A stretch of 64,000 nt of DNA from NCBI GenBank assembly GCA_036744835.1, contig DAIOHD010000001.1, forward strand, positions 951 to 64,950, given 5' to 3'. Every line of letters starts with the position of its first letter. Within the stretch, counting starts at the first letter, position 1. A model generated the notes under the pieces. The model did not search any database. It was not told the origin of the DNA and was given only the letters and a program-made list of their open reading frames with translations. Source of the stretch: Candidatus Magasanikiibacteriota bacterium (lineage in GTDB: Bacteria; Patescibacteriota; Patescibacteriia; Magasanikbacterales; GWA2-37-8). The position numbers and the translations under genes are program-made. Below are positions 20,651 to 27,261 of this stretch, in pieces.

Positions 20651-20878
20651 TTATGAAATAAAATTAAATCTTGGAATTTTTTTACCATCTACTATAATAT
20701 CTTCACAAAATTTATCTTTAGGCCTAACCCATAAAGCATTATTGCCAAATTCCGCCGAGTCGTAAAGCGCACGATAGACTACTAGCTCTTCCAGGGTGTC
20801 ACTATCCCTGGCAATATCGATAACTTCATAAAACTTACCTTTAAAATGTTGATATTTACCCGGTTTTAAATCATTCAT
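20651..20878 (-). CDS. DUF1653 family small protein
   Basis: 75 aa, KPGKYQHFKGKFYEV...LYDSAEFGNNALWVRPKDKFCE. Has a decayed paralog at 15478-15701. Confidence 0.6.
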   Translation of the reverse strand: MNDLKPGKYQHFKGKFYEVIDIARDSDTLEELVVYRALYDSAEFGNNALWVRPKDKFCEDIIVDGKKIPRFNFIS

Positions 20879-20959
20879 ATTTATAAAATTTATTTTTTGC
20901 TTATTTAGATAAAAACTGTTAAAATTTTAAGTAAGCTTATATGAATTTTAGTATATTTT

Positions 20960-21535
20960 ATGAGAAAAAGCAACAAAGAAGTTATTGGGTTAAAAGTTGA
21001 AAGTTATAAAGTTAAAAAAAAGGCGATACCAGCCTTAACTTCTCCTCAAAGAGGAGAGGAAATAGAAAAGTTTGTCGTGGTAGTGCCAAATATCAGAAGC
21101 GCGCATAATGTCGGTGCGATTTTGCGAACTGCTGACGGGGCGGGGATAGACAAAGTTTATATTACTGGCTATTCCCCATATCCACCACACCCTAGTCTGC
21201 TCAAAGTATCTTTGGGGGCGGAAAACTTTGTAAAATGGGAATATTGTAAACAAACTGGAAAATTACTTAAACAATTGAAAGAAAAAGGGTATAATATAGT
21301 AGCGCTGGAACAAACAAAAAACAGTGTTAATATATTTTCTTGGAAACCCAAATTTCCTTGTGCTTTGGTACTTGGAAACGAAAAAACTGGCGTAACCAAA
21401 GATCAGTTGAAATATTGTGATAAAGCAGTTGAGATTCCGATGAGAGGGAAGAAGAATAGTTTGAATGTGTCGGTGGCGGCGGGGGTGGCACTTTATTATA
21501 TTGCTGAAAAATTGCAAGATTGCAAGATTATATAA
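20960..21535 (+). CDS. SpoU/TrmH family RNA 2'-O-methyltransferase
   Basis: 191 aa. SPOUT motifs VLGNEKTGV and NSLNVSVAAGVALYY. Confidence 0.75.
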   Translation: MRKSNKEVIGLKVESYKVKKKAIPALTSPQRGEEIEKFVVVVPNIRSAHNVGAILRTADGAGIDKVYITGYSPYPPHPSLLKVSLGAENFVKWEYCKQTGKLLKQLKEKGYNIVALEQTKNSVNIFSWKPKFPCALVLGNEKTGVTKDQLKYCDKAVEIPMRGKKNSLNVSVAAGVALYYIAEKLQDCKII

Positions 21536-21581
21536 AAATATTGGATATTAAATATTGAATATTAAAAATTAATTAAAAATT

Positions 21582-21637
21582 CACCCCTGTGAAATATTGC
21601 CGAAGGCGATCCTGTCTTTGACAGGATTTTACGGGGT
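21582..21637 (+). repeat. Nested-hairpin intergenic repeat, family 1, copy 1
   Basis: cacccctgtgaaatattgccgaaggcgatcctgtctttgacaggattttacggggt. Outer stem cccctg.gaaat/attt.acgggg, inner perfect hairpin atcctgtc-ttt-gacaggat. AT-rich aattaaaaatt flanks. Confidence 0.6.
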
Positions 21638-21665
21638 AAAAAATTAAAAATTAAAAATTTTTCAC

Positions 21666-22391
21666 ATGTCTAATTATACAATTCAACTTTTCAGATATTT
21701 TTATTCCAACATTCCTCCTCTTTTTCCCATAGAAAGAAAACAGAAAATAAGAGAAGCGATGTTGCAATTACAAAACAACCAATCTCTCACCCCGCACCAG
21801 ATAGAAGATACGATGATTGTGTTTGGTTATGAGCTTTGGCCTTGGAATCAGGCTTATAAGGATTTCTTGACGATTGCAGAAAATGCTTATGGTGATGAAT
21901 TTTTGCAACCATATTTATTTCCAGAATTAAAAGAAAAATATCTTCATTATAAAGATTATGGCTTGAGTTTGCGTGATTTACACTCTGGTCGTCCGGCCGT
22001 TTATTTTGAAAGTGAAGAAAGGGTAGAACTGTATAAAGCATTACTCAAAATGCAAGAAGATTTGAAAAAATACGTAAATCAACAAATTGTTAGCACTGAA
22101 AAGAAAAGATATTTGGATAAAGTGGAAGAGTATACAAAAGTTTTGGAACAAATTGAGGAAAAAATGCGAGGACTTCGGGAAATCGCACAAAACGAACAAG
22201 ATCACCCAATGCTGGCTGATGAAATCAGAGAAAAAATCAGATTTTTTGAATATGGGATGTGTTTACTTGGGCCGGAATTAAATTTTCACGCCGTTTCACA
22301 GTCCATAGATTTTTTTGAGGGAAGAAAAATGGATTTGAATAGGATGAGGGGGATAGAAACGACTAAACAGATTGATTTTTATAATGAATAA
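21666..22391 (+). CDS. Hypothetical protein
   Basis: 241-aa ORF with no recognisable motif. Overlaps the downstream DJ-1 gene by 20 nt. Confidence 0.35.
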   Translation: MSNYTIQLFRYFYSNIPPLFPIERKQKIREAMLQLQNNQSLTPHQIEDTMIVFGYELWPWNQAYKDFLTIAENAYGDEFLQPYLFPELKEKYLHYKDYGLSLRDLHSGRPAVYFESEERVELYKALLKMQEDLKKYVNQQIVSTEKKRYLDKVEEYTKVLEQIEEKMRGLREIAQNEQDHPMLADEIREKIRFFEYGMCLLGPELNFHAVSQSIDFFEGRKMDLNRMRGIETTKQIDFYNE

Positions 22392-22911
22392 TATGAAAAA
22401 AGTACTCCTTATTATAGCTTCCTATGGTTTTCAGCAGATGGAATATTTTGAACCAAAAAAGATTTTGGAAAATGCAGGAGTGGAAATAATAACCGGGAGT
22501 GATAAAAAAGGAAAAGTTATTGCTTCTCGCACTCAAGAAATTGCGCAATCCGATATAATTTTGGAAGAAATTAAACCATCTGATTATGATGGAATATTTT
22601 TGGTTGGTGGACATGGAGCAATGGAATATCTGAATAATGAAAAAACATATAAAATTTTTAGAGAGATTGCAAAGAGTAATAAACTCTGGGGAGCTATCTG
22701 TATTTCCCCGCGAATTTTGGCTAATGCCGGAGTCTTGATGGGAAAAAAAGTAACTGGTTGGGATGGAGATGAAGAATTGGAGAAAATCTTGAAAAAAGCC
22801 GGAGCGGAATATATTAGGGAAGAAGTGGTGGTGGATGATAAACTTATAACTGCTATCGGCCCCAGTGCAGCATCGGTTTGGGGAAAAGCAATTTTAGAGA
22901 AAATAAAATAA
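22372..22911 (+). CDS. DJ-1/PfpI family protein (class I glutamine amidotransferase-like)
   Basis: 179 aa. Nucleophile elbow GAICISP, and VGGHGAMEYL. Confidence 0.7.
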   Translation: MIFIMNNMKKVLLIIASYGFQQMEYFEPKKILENAGVEIITGSDKKGKVIASRTQEIAQSDIILEEIKPSDYDGIFLVGGHGAMEYLNNEKTYKIFREIAKSNKLWGAICISPRILANAGVLMGKKVTGWDGDEELEKILKKAGAEYIREEVVVDDKLITAIGPSAASVWGKAILEKIK

Positions 22912-22964
22912 ACTGTTAAAATAAGATAAACAAAAAAATCACCCCATGACTGAGGCGATTTTTT

Positions 22965-23957
22965 TTATGTTAATTTCTTTGGCACTACCGCATTGTATTT
23001 CTTAATATAATTTTTAATGCTTGCTTTTTCTAATAACTTTGCATGCGAACCAAAACTACTGATAACACTACAACTGTTGGCAATACCCCAAGTCAAAGCG
23101 GTTTTGATATCGTGATCATATTGTCGAGCTGCGATATAGCCAGCGGAAAATGCGTCGCCAGCGCCGGTTTTGGCTACCACTTTTACAGGGTATGATTCCA
23201 TTTTCCAAACATTATCTATATTTCCTGCATAAGCGCCTTTTTCCGCATCAGTTATTACTACCTCTTTGGTACCAAGACTCAAAAGTTTATGGATGATGGT
23301 GGTAATACTTTTTTCTTTTTGCAAAGTAGTGTTTAAAATAACTTCCGCTTCTTGTAAGTTGATAATTAGTAAATCAGATTTTTTGATAGTTTCCAAAACA
23401 TTGTTTAAAGAATTTTTTAATTGAAACGATCCGGGGTTATAAGCCAGACGAACGGTTGGATGTTTTTTGAGGTGAGCAAAAAGATTTTTTTGCAGAATTT
23501 CAAAACCGTCCGATAGTGAAGTATAATAAATCCAATCAGTTGCTGGGACATTTTCCGGCCAAGAATAATATTTTTTTTTATGAGAAGATAATATTGTGCG
23601 TTCACCTTTGTAGTTGAGAACTATAGCAAAACGGGTTTCGTTTTTAGGGTTAAGTTTGACGAATTTGGTATCTACTTTATATTTTTTTAATTCATTGATT
23701 ACGGTTTTGCCATTGGCGTCTTTACCTAGATCAGTCAAAACAGTGGTGTAGAGTCCTAGTTTACTACTACCGATAGCTACATTGACGGCGTTGCCACCAA
23801 TATTTTGAAAACTTTCACTAACCGGTACTTTGGCAGCATAGTCCAAACACAAACGACAGGTTTTTTTATCAACACTGCATTCTACTTCCGCTTCATCAAG
23901 GATTATGTGGTTATCAACGACTGCATCGCCGATAGTAAGTAAGTTGAACATATGCAA
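22965..23957 (-). CDS. PfkB family carbohydrate kinase (ribokinase-like)
   Basis: 330 aa. NIGGNAVNVA and KTGAGDAFSAGYI (PfkB signature 2). Confidence 0.8.
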   Translation of the reverse strand: MHMFNLLTIGDAVVDNHIILDEAEVECSVDKKTCRLCLDYAAKVPVSESFQNIGGNAVNVAIGSSKLGLYTTVLTDLGKDANGKTVINELKKYKVDTKFVKLNPKNETRFAIVLNYKGERTILSSHKKKYYSWPENVPATDWIYYTSLSDGFEILQKNLFAHLKKHPTVRLAYNPGSFQLKNSLNNVLETIKKSDLLIINLQEAEVILNTTLQKEKSITTIIHKLLSLGTKEVVITDAEKGAYAGNIDNVWKMESYPVKVVAKTGAGDAFSAGYIAARQYDHDIKTALTWGIANSCSVISSFGSHAKLLEKASIKNYIKKYNAVVPKKLT

Positions 23958-23980
23958 AAATTTTTAATTTTTAATTTTTT

Positions 23981-24036
23981 ACCCCGTGAAATACTGTCAA
24001 AGACAGGATCGCCTTCGACGATATTTTACAGGGGTG
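23981..24036 (-). repeat. Nested-hairpin intergenic repeat, family 1, copy 2 (inverted orientation)
   Basis: Reverse complement is near-identical to copy 3 and about 90% identical to copy 1. Confidence 0.6.
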
Positions 24037-24186
24037 AATTTTTAATTAATTTTTAAAACCTATCGCAGAATGGCTCAATCCCAAGGATTAATGAAATTTT
24101 AAATTTTAATGTTTAGTTTTAATCATTTAGACATTGGCGATTCATTAAAAACTGAAAATTAAAAATTGGAAATTTAAAAACCACGA

Positions 24187-24474
24187 TTATGTTTTTAGTT
24201 TGTTATTTGTATTTTGTTTAATAGTCCCAACTGGTGTATGTAATCCTGTTAATATTTCCACAAACTCAACCATACTAGCAAGAAATAAACCACCCATAGC
24301 TAAAGAAAAAATAGCGTTTCCAATCCAGAGAGCATAAACAAGTAAACAAAAAGCGCCAATGGCCAATACAATATCCTGTTTTGTTTCGTGCCCTAAAAAT
24401 ACGGCGTAAGTGATTAAGATAGAACCAAGGCCAGCGAGTACGTTGATAATGATGTCGAAGAGAGGAAGAGACAT
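24187..24474 (-). CDS. Small membrane protein (3 TM), hypothetical
   Basis: 95 aa and hydrophobic. Its promoter/5'UTR is identical to that of trxB (see findings). Confidence 0.35.
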   Translation of the reverse strand: MSLPLFDIIINVLAGLGSILITYAVFLGHETKQDIVLAIGAFCLLVYALWIGNAIFSLAMGGLFLASMVEFVEILTGLHTPVGTIKQNTNNKLKT

Positions 24475-24550
24475 AAAAAAATTTTTAATTTTTAATTTTA
24501 CAATTTTTAATTAATTTTTAATTTATTAATGTTTAATTGAAAATTGTAAA

Positions 24551-25504
24551 TTATTTCTGTTTATTAAGATATTCTATCACCGCCAAGGCCGCTACTGTTC
24601 CTTGTCCTGCAGCAACAATGATTTGTTTATAAGGCGTATCAGTCACATCGCCAGCGGCAAAAATCCCTGGCACATTAGTATGACAATTTCTATCAACAAT
24701 AATTTGCTTAGCTCTGTCTTTTTCCACGATGTCTATAAATTCTGAATTTGGCACCATGCCGACATGGATCATCGCGCCGTCAATTGCTAATTCTTTTTCT
24801 TCTTTTTTATCATCGCGTAAATCGCGGTATTTCAAACCGGATAATCTATTTTCACCAATAAATTCAAAAGTATCAGCATAGTGGATTATTTCTACATTGG
24901 ATAATGATTTTACTTTTTCAATCAAAACATCATCGCCAGTAGGGAAGCCGAATTTTTTCTCTGCAGTATCTGGTTCAATAGTCATCAGATGAACTTTTTG
25001 AGCGATACCACTCATCATTACCGCAGCTTCTAGAGCTGCATTACCGCCACCAAGTACAGCTACGGTTTTGTTTTTGAATAACGGCCCATCGCAAACAGTG
25101 CAGTAAGTAACACCTTTATGAAAAAGAGTTTCTTCATTTTTTGCTCCTAAATGTCGTGGATGAATACCAGTAGCTATAAGTACAGTTTTGGCTATTTCAG
25201 TTCGTTCTTCACCTTTGCTGTTGCGGGCTTTTATACTAAAACTAACATCTTCCTTTTGAATAGCAAAAACTTTCCATCCTTCTTCTATTTCTACATCATT
25301 GGCGCGAACATGAGCGGCAAAATTTTGAGCCAATTCATAGCCATAAATAGTTTTTATACCTAGCCAGTTACTAACTTCTCCGGCATAGGCAACTTCACCG
25401 CCGACATCGTGAGTAATAAGTTTGAAATTAAGTTTTCTGCGAGCTGCGTAAATAGCTGCGCTACAACCAGCAGCGGAACCCCCGATAATTATTAGATCGA
25501 GCAT
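24551..25504 (-). CDS. trxB: Thioredoxin-disulfide reductase
   Basis: 317 aa. FAD motif IIGGSAAGCSAA, redox-active CTVCDG, and NADPH motif GGGNAALEAA. Confidence 0.9.
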   Translation of the reverse strand: MLDLIIIGGSAAGCSAAIYAARRKLNFKLITHDVGGEVAYAGEVSNWLGIKTIYGYELAQNFAAHVRANDVEIEEGWKVFAIQKEDVSFSIKARNSKGEERTEIAKTVLIATGIHPRHLGAKNEETLFHKGVTYCTVCDGPLFKNKTVAVLGGGNAALEAAVMMSGIAQKVHLMTIEPDTAEKKFGFPTGDDVLIEKVKSLSNVEIIHYADTFEFIGENRLSGLKYRDLRDDKKEEKELAIDGAMIHVGMVPNSEFIDIVEKDRAKQIIVDRNCHTNVPGIFAAGDVTDTPYKQIIVAAGQGTVAALAVIEYLNKQK

Positions 25505-25572
25505 AGATAAAAATTTTTAATTTTTAATTTTACAATTTTTAATGAATTTTCAATTATTAATTTTCAAGCAGG

Positions 25573-25669
25573 CGTCATCTTGATCCACCTAGGCGGAGAA
25601 GGATCCCTTAATCTTTGAGTCATTTCTTAAACAAACCACAAGGGATTCTTCGCTACGCTCAGAATGACA
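25573..25669. repeat. MITE-like palindromic element, family 2, copy 1 (terminal inverted repeats GTCATyCTGAG...CTCAGAATGAC)
   Basis: cgtcatcttga...gaaggatccctta...aagggattcttcgctacgctcagaatgacag. Terminal and internal inverted repeats; about 97 nt. Confidence 0.5.
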
Positions 25670-25687
25670 GTTATGTTTGAAATATTT

Positions 25688-26332
25688 TTATTTTATTATT
25701 TTTTCAAACTGTTTTTTTATTTTTCTAACATCTTCCGCTAAAACCAGCCGTTTACCTACGCAAAACTCACTTACTCCTGCTTTTTTCAAATCAACAATAT
25801 TTTCTAAACTTATTCCACCATCAGCGGCGATCAAGATATTTTTATTTTTTGCACTAAAAGATTTTATTTTTTTCAAAACCGGTTTTATCAATTTTTGTCC
25901 TTGAATACCCGGATGTACGGTCATAAAAAGTACAGCGTCAATTTTATTTAAATATTTGGTGATCTTATATATTTTTGTTTCTGGATTTAAAACCAGACCC
26001 AACTGCCAGCCGTTTTTACGAACAATATCATCTATTTTATCAAAATTGTTTTTCAGAGTTTCAATATGAATATAAACGCGAAAAATATTTTTTACTTTTT
26101 CCCATTTCTCTAATTCTTTTAATGGATTTTTAACCATTAGGTGAAGTTCAAAACTACAGGGTAATCGTAATTTATTTATTTCTAATCTTTCTTTAAAAGT
26201 TTTGTTTTTGACAAAAAGACCATCGCAGATATCTATTTGGACAAGAGGAAAAATATTTTTTATTTTGTTTATTTGTTTTTTAAATTCGGAGAATTTTGGA
26301 ACTAAAATTGCGGGGACGATTTGTGATTTCAT
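25688..26332 (-). CDS. rpe: Ribulose-phosphate 3-epimerase
   Basis: 214 aa with a TIM-barrel pattern: IDICDG, HLMV, MTVHPGIQGQK, ADGGI. Confidence 0.8.
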   Translation of the reverse strand: MKSQIVPAILVPKFSEFKKQINKIKNIFPLVQIDICDGLFVKNKTFKERLEINKLRLPCSFELHLMVKNPLKELEKWEKVKNIFRVYIHIETLKNNFDKIDDIVRKNGWQLGLVLNPETKIYKITKYLNKIDAVLFMTVHPGIQGQKLIKPVLKKIKSFSAKNKNILIAADGGISLENIVDLKKAGVSEFCVGKRLVLAEDVRKIKKQFEKIIK

Positions 26333-26345
26333 AAGTAAGTTTATT

Positions 26346-26375
26346 TGTCATCCTGAACTTGTTTCAGGATCTCCC
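26346..26375. repeat. Solo terminal-repeat fragment of family 2 (gtcatcctgaac folded as the hairpin atcctgaa/ttcaggat)
   Basis: Shares the GTCATCCTGA terminus with the two full elements. Confidence 0.35.
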
Positions 26376-26430
26376 TATAGCGATTTCCCAAAAGGGGAGA
26401 TACTGAAATAAATTCAGCATGACTATTGTA

Positions 26431-26868
26431 TTATCCTTCCAAGTCGGTGATTTTTTGATTACGGCGAACAAATCTTTCTTCGCCGGCAAATTCGGTATTT
26501 AAGAATGTTTTGATAATAGCGGCGGCGTGATCTTTGGTCAAAACTCTGCCGGCTAAACATAAAATATTGGCGTCATTGTGTTTACGCCCAAGCTCGGTTC
26601 CGGAAATATTATAACCGATAATTGCTCTAATACCAGCAACTTTGTTGGCAGCGATACACATTCCGTGCCCACTGCCGCAAATCAAAATTCCTTTATTACC
26701 GGTTTCTAATACTTTTTTAGTTAAAGGTGAGACAAAGTCCGTAAAATCATCAGTTTCATCGTAGTTTTTAGCTCCCAAATCTTCAAATTCCATTTCTTGA
26801 TTTTTGAAAATTTGTTCTAATTCTTTTTTGAGTTTATGACCAGCATGGTCAGCGGCGATGTAAAACAT
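26431..26868 (-). CDS. rpiB: Ribose-5-phosphate isomerase B
   Basis: 145 aa. MFYIAADHAGHKLK and ICGSGHGMCIAANKVAGIRA (RpiB/LacAB family). Confidence 0.85.
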   Translation of the reverse strand: MFYIAADHAGHKLKKELEQIFKNQEMEFEDLGAKNYDETDDFTDFVSPLTKKVLETGNKGILICGSGHGMCIAANKVAGIRAIIGYNISGTELGRKHNDANILCLAGRVLTKDHAAAIIKTFLNTEFAGEERFVRRNQKITDLEG

Positions 26869-26936
26869 ATAATTAAGTTGAAAGTTGAAAGTTAAAAGGA
26901 TGTGTTTATTATATCCTTTTTAAAACGGTTTGGCAA

Positions 26937-26965
26937 TTGACAAAAAAAAGGAAAATAGGTAAGAT
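26937..26965 (+). promoter_or_regulatory. Sigma70-like promoter of the ileS leader (TTGACA-17-TAAGAT)
   Basis: ttgaca at 26937-26942, 17-nt spacer, taagat at 26960-26965. Confidence 0.4.
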
Positions 26966-26971
26966 TAGATT

Positions 26972-27161
26972 AGTTTTAAAAGTGCTAAAACCCGTTATCA
27001 GCGGGGTTTCCAAAGCGGAAAAAGCATTTAGGAAAGAACTTCGTTTAAAACGAATAGTAGAATCCTACGGATAAGCCCGAAAAAGCTGTAAATTAAGTAT
27101 AAAGTTAAGATGGTACCGCCTTTAACTAGGGCTCTTAACACGCAACCGCGTGTTTTTTTTA
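26972..27161 (+). promoter_or_regulatory. Candidate T-box riboswitch leader of ileS (T-box-like AAGATGGTACCGCC followed by an intrinsic terminator)
   Basis: gatggtaccgcc resembles the T-box consensus AGGGUGGNACCGCG, and its UGGU bulge would pair with the ACCA end of tRNA-Ile. A terminator aacacgc-aacc-gcgtgtt plus T8 follows at 27137-27160. Multiple upstream stems, and a GAAUCC segment contains the Ile codon AUC. Confidence 0.4.
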
Positions 27162-27184
27162 TTTTTAAAATTAATTAAAAATTT

Positions 27185-27239
27185 ACCCCTGTAAAATATT
27201 GTCGAAGGCGATCCTGTCTTTGACAGTATTTCACGGGGT
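27185..27239 (+). repeat. Nested-hairpin intergenic repeat, family 1, copy 3 (between the ileS leader terminator and the ileS start)
   Basis: acccctgtaaaatattgtcgaaggcgatcctgtctttgacagtatttcacggggt. Confidence 0.6.
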
Positions 27240-27261
27240 AAAAAATTAAAAATTTTGTCAT

